The notes beneath the pieces were generated by a model. The model did not search any database, had not been told where the DNA came from, and saw nothing but the letters and a program-made list of their open reading frames with translations. Position numbers and translations under genes: made by a program. DNA of 62,218 nt, filler included. It is 16 parts of 16 records of this genome, joined end to end, with 100 filler letters (N's around TTAATTAATTAA, not from the genome) between each part and the next. Parts side by side here need not be neighbours in the genome. Positions count along the whole stretch, not along the records: positions 46,079 to 50,273 come from SRR15195285_17655; positions 50,374 to 54,022 come from SRR15195285_17669; positions 54,123 to 59,112 come from SRR15195285_17703; 13 more parts are not named here. One strand, 5' to 3'. This document shows positions 46,079 through 59,212 of the stretch, in pieces (within the stretch, counting starts at the first letter, position 1; each line of letters starts with the position of its first letter).

Positions 46079-49000
46079 CTGTTGCTGTTGCTGTTGCTGT
46101 TGCTGTTGGCAATGCCACTGTCAATTGCGTCACCAATCTGCTGGATCTCTTGCTGCGTTCGCTTGCGCAGGATCGCAAAGAATTGATCCCCTACTCTCAT
46201 GCAATGCGTTTTCATCTCTCTCAGCAACTCACCATCAGACTTGCTACAGCCGAAGTAATTTGGTGGAAACGCTGTGCTCTTTATCGACCCCGCGGTCACC
46301 GAAGATGAGAACGACGACTGTGAGCTTGAGGCTGACCTGCGCAAGTCCTTCGGCACGTCATCAAAAGTCCTGTAAAGCACGTTCGCACCCTCAGCAAGTG
46401 TCACCTTATCAGACTCGTACTGAGCAGCTCCAGGAACACCAGATACATCTCCATAATAATTCGGATGTGGGACGCCCCAGTTATCTAGTGCTGGTTGGCA
46501 TTTCAACGCAAACCTGGTACTGTCTTCTCCTGCTGCCGCCTGTTTTTTGGTCAACGCCGTTGTGCATGTTCCTGCTCCTACCATTGTGTTTGCTACACTA
46601 GCAATCTTTGAGCTCACAGGTAAGAACTCAATACCATGCTGACCCCATTCTGGTAATCCGCCAAGCGATCGAACTGCAGCAGCCACCACAGCCTCACCTT
46701 GCACAGGATCAAGAGTGTGGGCAGCATACACCAATACTCCACCAGAGCTCAGCAGCTCGAGACCACGCCGCAAGATTGAAATCTGTGTTGTATGCAGACT
46801 CAGTGCAGCAGATATGCTACTACTGCTGGACGGAGGGCAGCATAGAACCCGATCGAATTTCTGCTTGTACTGCCTTGGTTCCTGCTGTTCTGCCGGTGGC
46901 TTCGGAGCTGGGTGGTGTTTGTCCATCTCATCAGCTTGCTCTCCAACGCTGCCACCAACGCTAGTATCAGCAACGCACTGGAGTGTAGGAAAGTTGGCTG
47001 CGTCGCATCTTGTGGCAAGAAGTGGCGCGCAGAGCAATGGTAGCTGCTTGCGAGCTTGGTCAACGAATGCAGAGATTCGCCTGAGGTCCAGGTCGTTCGA
47101 AATGAGCACACCATTCGGTATATATGTACTGCATGTCTGCGCCTCATCGTCGTGTTCATTGCTCTCAGTCTCCTGGATCCTGCTAATGTTGCCACAATGC
47201 ATCCTCCTGAGCAATTCGCAGCAAGACTGACCCCCGTTAGCACCTGCACAAAGATCAAGAACGTAGTGGTCCGGCTCTACCTCAAGCAGTCGTGCGGGTA
47301 GCGTGTCCCAGCCACGATCATCATTGACACTGGTGGCTTTGCTGCTGTGCACATAGTGGTTGACATGCTGGTTCCTCAGGTAATCCACCCATTTCGTCGG
47401 TACTACACTCCTCTCGTTCGTCTTCCCACAAATCTCGCCTTCCCGATGGCCCCGATCGTCTGGTTCAAATGATACCCAGGCATGGTCGGACATCGATAAC
47501 AAACCCCGCCCATGTTCAATTGCTGCCTTCCCAAACGCTCGCACGGTGTCTTCAAATGTTCGTCGCTCGCGCTCAAATCTCAATCGTGCTAGCGTCCCCA
47601 TCGTACGGCAGCCAGACTCGCCCAAGGCCAATACCCTCGACATAGCAGTGACGAGCCCGGAAACGGTCGGATCATCTTCGCCTTGGATCTCGTACATGTG
47701 CGCCCCCAACACATTGTTGGCTATCGCCGTACAGCGTGTCACAGGAACAGTAAATCCGTCAAGGCCATCCGTAACAAGTTCATTCATTGGATGGGCATCT
47801 GTAGTGACAATCACGGCACCGAGTGATCGTGCCTCGTTGATAACATGGCCAAAACCTTCGCATGCACTCGGGCAAACATGTACTCCACACGTAGCCATGT
47901 GGCGCTGCAAGTCCTTCTGTTGCAGTTTCTCGGTAAGAATAGTCACGTTGGGTAGGCTCACTTGCTGCTTGCTATCAGCACTCGGCCATGGCCAGTGAGG
48001 AAAGCAACGGCGAAGACTCTCGAGCAACGGACCCCACGCAACCACAGTCAGCGGTGGGAGCAACTTATTTTGACTACATTCTGAAACCCAGCACCGTAGC
48101 ACCGCTTCTGTGTTCTTCCATTGGGACTTTCCACCAACATGCAATGCCCGGCTGTAATCAATACCAGCCTCGTTGTCCTCATTTCTCACATCTCTGACGC
48201 GCAAAATCTGCTGCGGCAGCTCGCAGCTGTTCAGGCCGAGATCTGATAGAACCATTCCGAGCGCCCAGATTTGTGTGCATGCGAAAGTGTCGTCGACACC
48301 AAATGCAAGCATCACTTTCTGCGTGGCTTGATCGATGCACATTCCGCTAAGAAACTCTACCAGAGGTTCTGCCAAAGCTGAAGTATCCACCGAGACAGCA
48401 TTTCCAAGTTGCCACTGCCGCCACTGTCGCCCCTCCTCCTGCTGCAGCTGCTGTGACAACAGGAGTGTTCGTAGTGGCCCAACACTGCGTATTCTGAAGG
48501 GTGGGACTGCCTCAAACGCATAGAAGAAAGTTTTCCGTACCACCCTGCGCCGTTCAGTCTCGAAGCCTGCCCAGTGGTCGCCGGTCGGGATCCGCCGAAT
48601 ATGTGCTGCTCCAATCATAATTGCTTCTCCACTCGAAAGCGTCACTTGTATTGGCGGTGCTCCGTTCCCAGCTTCCCCCTGCTCTAGGAGTTCATATTCA
48701 ACTGCTGGATGTGTAGCAGACACTTCAGTGCAGAGACCCGTCCTGATATCAACACGAAGGATGACATGCGGAGATAGACTGTAAACAATGAAGAGTTCGC
48801 CTCCATGCTCGAAAGGCATCCAGTTTTTCTCGACCTGGTGCCGGCCATCATAGTGGAGCAACACAGCAGACGTTCCATGACCATGCGCAGAGCAACATTC
48901 AAGCGGAAAAGTTACAAGGTGTTGCCGATAGCTCTGCAGTTTCTCCTTGAGGGCTGCTGCGGCTACACTTGACGGTGGACACGAGAGAGAGCTTCCGAGG

Positions 49001-49986
49001 AAGCTGCAGATGACCCAAAGTCGATTTCTGAAGCGAAACAATCGCGGGTCCTCGAATCCATACATGAGATTGCTTGACGTGGACGGCAAGTCTTCTGGCT
49101 CCGGCAGTGGTGTGAAAGGCAGCAGCAACTCAAACTCTGGCCTCGCCGACATACCTTCAAGTGACCGCCAGCGCAGTAAGCAGCTGCATCGGGTCGGATC
49201 GGCGTAACTCTCAAGATGCTCATCCAGCCCGTCGACTTCAGAAGTATCTATCACCACGAGTCGTACTGCGTTCTCTTTCATGTAACGCCGCCGCTGGTGG
49301 CACGTCTCCGCAGCCACCTCTACGGCTGTCAGCCGATAGATCACGACCAGGGCATGCCCATCTGCATCGTCCCTCTCAATTGCGGGGTTGATTAAGTACA
49401 TATACGTCCCGGTCTTAGGCGAGTGGAACACAATTATAGGGAGTACGTTGCCGGTCTTCACAGAGTTTGCCGAACGCAGGTCTGCGCTAGTGTGGCCTGT
49501 GTGGAGAATGCGGTAGCGAGCTACCTGCGAATGCTGAGCTTTGTACGCTTGCATCACTCCAACGGCAGCTCGGCTTTTACAGAGCACGACGTCGATACGA
49601 GACAGCGACGTATTAGATAGACAGTCGGTATAGCCCACTTCGGGATTCACCATCCAGGCGTGCAGGGAACAGTCATCCTGATCAGACCGCGGCAGGTTGT
49701 CCGGCTGCAGAGTTTCGATGTGCAGCGTCAGCGGTGACGGCGGTGGGCGCTCCTGCGGCTGCAACCCGCTGCCAGTCATAAGATGGACTGGGCCGTGGCA
49801 CTGATCAGCACACGCATCATCCAGCAGCTCCCGGTACACTGCCGCGTCCAACTCCGTACCTGGGCTGGCGAACCGGGAGGGAAAGATGACAGCGCGCATT
49901 GTGCTGGCAGTCTTGGGTGGCCTAGCACCGAGCTTCTCGGTGGTGGGTATCGCCTCCAGCTCTGGCTCCGGCTCTGGGTGCTGCAT
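46079..49986 (-). CDS. GT-B (GT4-like) glycosyltransferase with an inserted GH130-like beta-propeller, fused to a degenerate NSUN2/RsmB m5C methyltransferase fold (3'-truncated)
   Basis: GT N-lobe MVNPE..DVVLCKS..GHTS. Propeller INPAI, EDPRLF, EKNWMPF, FYAFE..PPF, VEF..G, FGVDD. GT C-lobe LHVGGKS..KNT, CPSACEGFGHVINEA..TTDAHPMNEL. NSUN-like LLEVEPDHYVLDLCA, SND, FDRVLC, QISILRRGLELL..GGVLVY. Confidence 0.8.
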
Positions 49987-50628
49987 TGTCGTCCGACCCT
50001 AGCGCGGCGCTCAATTGCCGCCGTTCGATACTTCTGCCTCGGTAGAAAGCCACGTACACCACAGTATCAACCTGTCAAGATGTACGGCTCTACCTACATC
50101 ATCAACTTGCGTGGCCATCGGCAGGTCGTGGCTGCGCGCCCGTGGCGGCTGCTGACGTGGTGCGCCGCTGCCTGCTGGGGCCCGCCGCGCGCCGCGATGC
50201 GTGCTTTCGTTCGACACAGCAGAATCACAATCATGCAAAATTCCATTGGAACGCTCCAGTCTGTCCTGGGCACNNNNNNNNNNNNNNNNNNNNNNNNNNN
50301 NNNNNNNNNNNNNNNNNTTAATTAATTAANNNNNNNNNNNNNNNNNNNNNNNNNNNNNNNNNNNNNNNNNNNNCGTACGGGTTATCCGATCCCGATGCCC
50401 CTGGCCGGCGCCGGCCCGTTGTCGCGCATGCAACCATGCATGCATAACAATTTCCAAATGCATGAGCTTGTTTTCAAACACCGACAACACTGCAACCTCG
50501 CTCTAGAGCGCGTGCCAGGTTTCGGCAGGTCTAGCAGCAGCTCTAGCAGCAGCTTCGGCGGCGGCGCTCAACTCTCGTGGGCGTGCACTATAGCTCACCG
50601 ACTGATTCCGGCCCTGGTCTACTTGGGT

Positions 50629-51852
50629 ATGAGTTCAGAATCTGTGCCCGAGCTTGATGTCAAGATCAACCAGCTCGTGGCTAAGATCAATTTGAAGTCT
50701 CGGGCGCGCGACACCAAAGGCATGAGTACCTTGCTGACGCAGCGAGACGCCCTGTGCGCGCAGCGGGATGCTCTGCGCATGCGTGCAAGCCGGGCGAGAC
50801 TGCCTGCGAAGCCCGTCGCTGAGTCGGTCGTCGCAAACCCTCAGCTGTCGACCGGAGCTCCATTCGAGCTCGAGCCTGTTGCAGGGTCTGTCACGGAATC
50901 TGTCGCGGCCCCTGTCACGAAGCCTGCCGCGGAGTCTGTCGCAGAGCCTGTCGCGGAGCAGGTCAGCCTGGTCAAGGACCACGTGATCGTCTGCACGCTC
51001 ATAGAGTGGGGGTTTGAGATGGACATTGTTTTGGCCAAACTATCTGAGATACCGGATTCGATCAGAACCCAGACTGTGGAGTACATCTGTAGCTTCCTCA
51101 TGCAGACCATCACCGAACAAGAGGAGTCGAAGACCCTGCTCACGGCACTGGGCGAGCCCGAGGAAGAGCTCGCGAGCAGCCTTCCTGCCCCTCCTGTCAT
51201 GCCATCGTCGGAGAGCTCGTTATCGTTCTCTTACAGCTCAGGTTTTGCGTTCGCGGGAGCGCCGCGGGCCAAGGCCGGCAAGAAGAAGAGGATGAACAAG
51301 AAGAAGAAGGGGCCGCAGAAGCCGATGAAGCGACCCGGTGCCCTTGGTAAGACCTGCCCTCTCCGGTTCGCCTCCTTTCCCCTCGCTGGCATGACTCGTC
51401 CGCCTCGGCCCACCCGCAGGGGACCGCACGGAACTGCTCGTGCGCAAACAAGACAGACTTGCTGATAGCGTCGAGGAGGTGCAGATGCAGGAAGCTGCAC
51501 TTCAGGAGCAGATTAGCCTCCGCAAACTTTCTCAGAAACAGCGCGAGGCCTACTTCAAGAGAAAGAAGCAGAAGGAGCACGCGACCGGCGGCAAGAACAA
51601 AGCTCAGCACATGACGGTGCAGCAGCATGAGGTACGTACAACGAAAGACAGTATTTGTAATTATTTGATCATTTTCTTCATCGTGACCAGCGTGAGGTCC
51701 AGATCGCTGCCCAAGCTAACATTGAGGCTCCCCAAGCAAACATTGAGACGCGGTTGTGCTTTCGCAGCAGCCAAGCATGGCCGCTGTTCTCGAAGCCAGC
51801 AAACTTGATTTTTAAGGCAAACGATGCTAAAAGGGATCATGAGAATATGTAG
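50629..51852 (+). CDS. Hypothetical protein with a UBA-like segment and Lys-rich NLS; introns 51347-51419, 51632-51690
   Basis: Long ORF with VAEP repeats, TLIEWGF (UBA-like) and KAGKKKRMNKKKK. Both introns join in frame; the 3' end is uncertain. Confidence 0.45.
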
Positions 51853-52440
51853 CTGTATGAATGACGCCGAGCGTAAGAGCCGCTATGCTTGGTGTCAACA
51901 GCGAATGTCTCCTGCTTGAATATAAGCAAACAGTGCACGCTACATGCTTTACAATAAGCAACGGAACTTGACTTTCAGCTGACCCCCGCATCGGGTTCAC
52001 GCGCGAGAATTCACTGGGAAGGGATTCGCGCTGTGCAGTAGTGTACGTCTACCTGTGTGGCGGTATTCCCACACGAATGACGTTTGCCTCTCGACCTGCA
52101 AACTACACTGCATGAGAAAAAGTTGTCAGAGCAGCTCGCTTTCTCCAACATCTGATGACGCCACGTCGGTGGCCGTGGAGCCGGCGCCGCTCTCGCGTTC
52201 AGTGTATTCTTTGAGCCCGAGCAGCGCAGCATTTAAATGACCAACGTGTTTGGCCAACCCCAACAGCCCGGCGAGCACTCCAGCGCTGCCTGGCACGCCT
52301 ACATACGAACCACGCACACCACAGCTGTGTGAGCTACTAGACTGTGTCGCGTGCTCTCGCTCTGCTCGGTTCGACAGCGACCCGCATGCAACGGCAAGAG
52401 CTGGACAGCAGCGTCAGCACTACTAGAGCCGATAAACTAT

Positions 52441-53734
52441 CTAGGCACGAGCGCGAAGAACCTTGATCACGCTCAGCACTACGCGCTTTGTGTCGCCATC
52501 CTTACCGAGACATAACGCGCACCCAAACCAGTAGGCCGCCGGCAGCTCACAGACGGCACGCGTGACTTGTTCGTTCATACTACAGCTACCCGGTGCGCGC
52601 CCTGCCGTAGCAACCCCGAATAGCACCATCATCAAGGCTGCAGACACGCAGAATACTGTAGTTGCCAACAACACCGGCTGCAGCACCCTACGGTGTACCA
52701 TGACACATTTCCACACCGCACTGTAGTTAGCACAGTGCCAGCAGGCGGTGTTCTTTTGCACGCTGTCTCCCCTTCCTTGTCCCAGCTGTACGGAACTGTC
52801 ACTGCGCTGCGGACGAATATGAATATACTAGTACGTACCCATGGGCTGTGGCAAGCAGGGCCCCTAGCTCACGACCAGTGGATAGCAAGCTCTCTGTCTC
52901 GGCCACCAGCTGTGATGATGACGATGTGGCTGACTGAGCAGCCCGAGACGACATCTGGAGTACCTCGTGGTGGCGCGCACATCGCCGCTCTACTTCCTGT
53001 ATCCGGTCAGAAATGCTGCGAGCGCAGGCGACCACCGTCGCGAGCATGCCGACAAAGCGTGCCGCTCCCAGCGGAAATCCGATCCCAAAGACGATCAAGC
53101 CAAACACTATGTCTGAACTCAATCCCGGCACCCCGAATCCGATGGTGAGGTTCTGCACGACGCAGGCGAAGCACAGCGCCATCTGGAATCCCCACATGAT
53201 GCGCACCGAACGATGCACTGTCTGTGCCGTATCTCTGGAGACCGGCTGCTGGAGTTGCTGCGCAACAAATCCTCCTCCCTCACCCTCGTTTACTTCGTTC
53301 CGTAGTGTCCGGCATACCGGCACCCATGTCCACGGCAGTAGCGTAACGAAGGCCGCAAAACCACTCGCGAGCCGCATGCCTGGTATATACACGCCGTAGA
53401 AGCGCGTAGCTGTCCACAACGCGCCCACCCACCCAACACCACACGTGACATCCCACCAGAATGGTGTCATCCATTCAGGGCCGTTGGTGCAGTGCTGAAT
53501 CATCCGCAGCACGCTCTCATCGAGGAGCACACGGTCATCCTCTACTACCTCAGCTCCCTCGCTGCTTGCGAGAACCGCACCCGAGGTGGACCCGCTTACG
53601 GCCGCCAGCCGAGAATCCCGACTTTCCGACCCAGGCCCAGCCGTGCGCTCGCCCTCAGGCTCAGGCTCGGGCACACTCGCTCGGGCCGTCGTGTCCTGGT
53701 CCGCAGACAACAATGTCGTCGCCAACATCCTCAC
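52441..53734 (-). CDS. Multipass membrane protein of unknown family (spliced; boundaries uncertain)
   Basis: PEPEPE N-terminal tract; at least 4 hydrophobic helices in 52799-53734 and 2 more in 52441-52761. Confidence 0.45.
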
Positions 53735-54632
53735 GACTGCCCAACCTCAGTCTGGGCCCTGTTCTGCCTCCATCCGTCCCAGCAGCGCTCCAATACGCTA
53801 CACCAGCGCTCACATCAAACACTAGCCCAGCGCGCGATCTTGCCAGGCTACCAAACGGCAGACGCACAGGCAGCGACCCTCAGCGCCTCGTGCAGGAGCG
53901 CATTCGTTGACCAACGCACGCACACGCGCGAAAGCACGGTCACCTTACGGCACCAGCCAAAATTTACATTATAATCATAGTACACATACTTCAAAATGAA
54001 CACGAGTTTTACTGTGATGAATNNNNNNNNNNNNNNNNNNNNNNNNNNNNNNNNNNNNNNNNNNNNTTAATTAATTAANNNNNNNNNNNNNNNNNNNNNN
54101 NNNNNNNNNNNNNNNNNNNNNNAAAAGGAAAGGTTCAGAGGGTGTCTGATTTCTTACGCTTTTCCGGGCCCAGCAATCGAAAATCGCCTTGCCCTTGCTT
54201 TCGAAAAAACTCAGCTGCAGCATCGCATGCCGATTCCTCTCTGCGCTGATCCTCGGCGGCTCGTGTAGGTCCTACTAGTACTACTACTAGTACGTGTAGT
54301 ATGTATTCATATACTATACTATCGAGTATGGTATAGGTCCCGCAACTTGGCGAGGGGAACTCTTCGGAAGGAGAAGGGTTGGGATTTTTCATTTGTTGTT
54401 GAGTGTGTTTGAGCGTGCTGTGGGAACTTTTACAGTCCGGGCACTCCAGTCTGCGACATTCACAGTCCGTTTTGCCAAAGTCACATTTCCGAGGCGTACA
54501 AGGAATGGATCGTGCGAGGATCGTTGTTGCCTCGTCTTGGTCGACGGTGTCTGGTGTCGACGAAGGTGGGGACAGGAGAGGCTAACCGAAGCGCTGTTTG
54601 AAACAGGCCCTTGCAAGGGCCACCACTGCACC

Positions 54633-57600
54633 ATGTCCGAGTCTCAAGCACGCGCACGCGCGGAGTGTGAAGGGATGTCCACGAAAGATCTTAAGAAGAA
54701 GGCCCGTGAGCTGGGCATCGGCAGCGATGCCGTCGACGAGGCCGGCGACGAAGGCGCGGAGGCGCTCATCGCTCTCATCGTGCAGGCCTCCGTCACACCC
54801 GCCGAGAAGCTTGCGCAGGAGTGCGAGGGCATGCGCACGAAAGAACTCAAGCAGAAGGCCAGGGGCATGGGCATTGACAGCGATGAAGTCGACGAGGCTG
54901 GCGATGAAGGCACGGAGGCGCTTATTGCTCTCATCGTGCAAAACCGCAGGCTCAGTCCCGAGGAGATGCTTGCGCAAGAGTGCGAGGGGCTTTCCATGGG
55001 AGACCTCAAGAAGAAGGCGAGGGGCATGGGCATCGGCAGCGATGAAGTCGACGAGGCTGGCGACAAAGGCAAGAGTGCACTCATCGCACTCATGGCAGAG
55101 AATCGCGGCACCCCTGTCCGGGAGCCACAGCCTGTGCCCATGCCTGAGCCCGAGCCCATGCCCGAGCCCATGCCCATGCCCGTAGCGGTTACAGTGGCGC
55201 CAGTGTCATCAGCCTCGGACAGGCAGCTTGCATCGTTCCGGAACTCGACCGAGCGCAAGCTGCTCGAACTTGTGAACGAAGTCCAGGACATAAGCTTGGA
55301 AAGCCTCGGCATGGATGGCGGCGATGGGGCTAAGCTGGACTGGCCCCAAATCTGCGTTGTCGGCGGGCAAGCGGAAGGCAAGAGTACCCTCCTCAGTGCG
55401 ATCGTGTCAGCCAACATGAGCGCCAAGATGGAATTTCTGCCCGAGGGCACCGGCATGGTCACGCGCTGCCCGATCAGCGTTCAGATGACGTTCCAGAAGG
55501 ACGGAGACCACTCGGCTAGTGTCAGCACTCAGCGTGGCGGCGGCAGTACTGCGTCCGAGGGTGTGCCTGGTGAAGGCGGTGTAATCCCCGGCCCCGGTGC
55601 CGAGCCAACGCCACAACAGCTGGCCGACTGGGGCTTCGCCATCCAGCAACGGATCACAGGACTGCAAGACCACATTGTACCTGCAGGACAAGTCACAGCA
55701 CAGAAGATTATCGTTCGCCTGAGGGGTCCGACACTGCCCAACCTTTCGCTCGTGGATCTCCCTGGGCTGCGCGCCGTCGACGATGAGCGCACGCAAGGAC
55801 TCAAGGAGAAGCTGAAGGAGATGGTGACCAACAACCTGCGATCGCCGAGTGCAATAATTCTGTGCGTTGGTCCAGCCGGCACGGATCCGTCCACCTGGGT
55901 CGGCCGTGGGTTGGCGAAGCAGATAGACCCCTGGGAGGAACGGACCATCGGCGTCGTGACGAAGGTCGACACGATCTTTCAGCCTGTGGACACAGAGCTT
56001 CAGCGGGACAACCAGGCGCAACTTAAGACGGTGCTGGACGAAGCCAGGAAGACACCATATTACGCTGCTTACAACCCAAAGCCAGGGGATGAGCAAAAGT
56101 TCGTTGATGCAGGAATCAATCTGAAAGATGACCTGGAGAAGGTCTTCGCAAAAGGTCGCGTCGGCAATGGGGCCATCGCGAGAGATCTGGAGACGAGGCT
56201 CACCGGGCACCTGCAGGAACAGCTGCCGGATCTGTATGAAAGATTCAAGGAAAAATGCAAGGAGTTGGACAGCATCCTGCAGGAGTCCGAGAAGCCGACC
56301 TGGTCCATCGTGGAGCAGGTGATGCTATCATACACGCGCCAGGTTCAAGGTTACTCCATGGGCTCCGGTCGTGATCCTGCAGAAGTTGTCAGGCAAGGTG
56401 GTCTGGAGGACGGCGAACGTGATGACGGGGCACCGATCTGGCCTTACGATGAAAGCCTCCAGGGCAAGATGATGATCCTGATGCAAGATTTCAAGTACAA
56501 GACCCAACCGGAAGCTGTGTATCGAGACGAGGGAGCTGAGAGATCGATTCTCCACAGATCCACCGAGGAAATACTGGCCGATGCCAAAAAGAACAGGCAA
56601 AAGACCGAATTGGTGGCTCAGAACGGTATTGGGTGGGTACAAGATCCAATCAACTTCAGAAAGGACGACGAGGTCGCCAAGAGGTTTGCTGAACGGTTGA
56701 CCAAAGACCTGGTGGGCCTGTGTGGTGACGTGCTGCAGAACATCAGAGACGCACTGTTGCCGCTGTGTAATGAGTTCTACGAGGCAGTCGCTCACGTCAC
56801 GTTCACGCTGGAAGAGTACCCGGGACAAACGTTTCAGCTCCAGGAATTTCCGGAGCTGAAAAAGAAACTACTGAAGGCCACCCGAGACAGGTTGCAGTGG
56901 AATTGGGAAAGAGTCGAAAAAAAGGCCGAGGAGGGGGCAGCAATTCCGGACATCACTGTGGTTGACGAAGCTTGGATGAAGATCACGGAGGTGCAAGCGG
57001 CGTTGACGCGTGTCTGCGAATTGGCCGGCCAAACTACCCCGCAACTTGCCGTAGGTGGTGGGCTCGGTGCGCGTACAATATCAGTGGCCCGAACCACTCC
57101 AGTCGTAGTCGATTCACCTCCAGAAGGCGACTGCAGAAAGCAGAAACCCTCTGGCTTTGCTGGCGATCCGCTCAACGGCGGCTGGCCTCCGCGCTACGCA
57201 AAGATCATGCCCAATGCCCAAGGCTCAATGGGGCTGTACGTTTTCGACAACCAGGTTGATTCGAACGAGCCAGGTAAAGCTCGAAACACGTCCATCATCA
57301 ACCTGACAGGTTGCACCTTCCAGCTGGCTCGAGAGGCGTTCGCTTTCAACGTAAGTCTCTGCGTCTCACAGTTAGTTACCACCCTATGATGTTCATTCAC
57401 ACCACGTTCTCTCGCGTAGGGCAACTGGCACAAGTTGACCATATTCCGTGACGACCTGGACCCCAAATTTGCCCACTTCGCCTTTCAAAACGAGCAAAAT
57501 TGCCGAGACTTCCACAGTGCATGCGTCAACCTGGCCGCTGGGCGTCCGTGGAACAAGTCTGAGGCTGAACACGCGGCGGATTTGCAGCAGGCAGCAGCGG

Positions 57601-58292
57601 AGGCGGAGGCACAGCGCCTGCGGGACATTCGAGCAGAGGCAGACCGGCAGCTGCAGGAGCAAGCCGACGCAGATGCACAAGCACACGCGGAGGAAGGCGC
57701 GCGTGCGGTGGAAGGTGCCCCGGACTTCGTGCCCCCGTTCCTCCGCAACGAAATTACCAAGCAGGAGCTGTGGGCGCTGGAGGACAACGACAAAATATCA
57801 AAACCTGTCACCCACAAAGGCGAACTCCTGGCAATTGCGTCCGAGAAGTTTCTGCAGTACTACGCCACGCTGCAACGAAGCTCCGGGCCACTATCCGAGA
57901 TGCAACAGAAGGAAATGAAAGACGAGGTCCAGGCAGAATCCTTCCGGCTATGGTCGCTGCATTTGGTTATAACGCAGACACAGAAGCAGATTGGCGCTGT
58001 CCAAACCGAAATGACGACACGCTTCTTCGATCTGTCCAGTGCAACGGGCCCGTTCTCTTGCTCTGCGATCTACGGCAAGACTGGCTTCGCGAAGATGGTT
58101 GCCGATTTTTGTACCTCGGACCTACCTGACGACGACCGTAGGAAGCCTCAAGGCCCGCAGCAGCTACTGAAGCGTGACGATGGTTTGCGGGACCGCCCGA
58201 AGCTAGAGGCACAGCGGCGTATTTTGAAGGAAGTCTGCTACAAGTTCGAGCATTCTGGATTGCCCCAGTTTAAAGCTGACGGTGCATACTAG
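54633..58292 (+). CDS. Dynamin-related GTPase with three N-terminal SAP/LEM-like repeats and a PH-like insert; intron 57351-57419
   Basis: WPQICVVGGQAEGKST (G1), GMVTRCP (G2), LVDLPG (G3), RTIGVVTKVD (G4). Helical stalk; PH-like GWPPRYAKI..LYVF..IINLTGC..FAF. Phase-0 GTAAGT...TAG intron. Confidence 0.9.
54663..55100 (+). repeat. Three coding tandem repeats (period 156/159 bp)
   Basis: Unit ECEGMxxKxLKxKARxxGIxSDxVDEAGDxGxxALIAL starting at 54663, 54819 and 54978. Confidence 0.95.
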
Positions 58293-59212
58293 ATCTAGTA
58301 CCCTAGGACGACCTGCATACGTACGAACACGAAAGGAAAGAACGATCAATAGACAGAAGAAAGACGACTGCACTGTGTACGGAAGGGCAACTATACAATG
58401 AATGTTTGCCCTATACAATAAATGTTTTTTTGGGTGAAAAACAGCCAGAACTGAGCACAGCGAGGACATTTCAAAGCGCGTGTTCGGGCGAAGCCAGTCT
58501 CATTGTCGATAAACTCGCCACGTGTATGGTTGCCACACGGTTGCAATGCACACAAGGCAAATATCGTCAAGTTGTCTTGTGCCAGTGCCATACGCTATCC
58601 GCGGGATGGATGACTGACCCACTTCGCATGGCGACAGTTGTGTACAATGCCCTAATATTAGGGGGGCAACTATAAGAATTCCACTTTTCTGTAGTGGCTG
58701 CACTGCTCCAGTCGTACTGACTGCAGACAGTGAGACCAGTCTCATTGTAAAGAGGACTTTGTTGCGCATACTTCCTCTAAAGGGTTTAGGCTGCAATGTC
58801 CTGTGTAGCACAATTTTGCAGACACGGTGGCGTTGCGAGAATACCTGAGCAGCAGTCCGGTTACAGTTGTGAGAGAATGCCCTGTTGCGCTAGTAATATC
58901 ATAGAAACGACTAGCGAGCTCTTGGTGGACCTACGTTGGCATGCCGAACGAGACAAAACAAAAGGACAACGTACGATCGCAACGGAAAGCATCGATTTCG
59001 CTCGCCGGTGCAGAGCAAAACAGCATTGCAAGTTACGTCGCGCCCAAGCTGGCACAAGTTCTGTGTGCTCTGCACGGTTCAAACATTGAGCAAGAGTGCG
59101 GGTCTCGTAGACNNNNNNNNNNNNNNNNNNNNNNNNNNNNNNNNNNNNNNNNNNNNTTAATTAATTAANNNNNNNNNNNNNNNNNNNNNNNNNNNNNNNN
59201 NNNNNNNNNNNN

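Noticed and set aside
51845-52140. Cys-spaced words suggesting a decayed RING finger
   Set aside because: Needs several frameshifts and passes stop codons; cannot be supported by eye.
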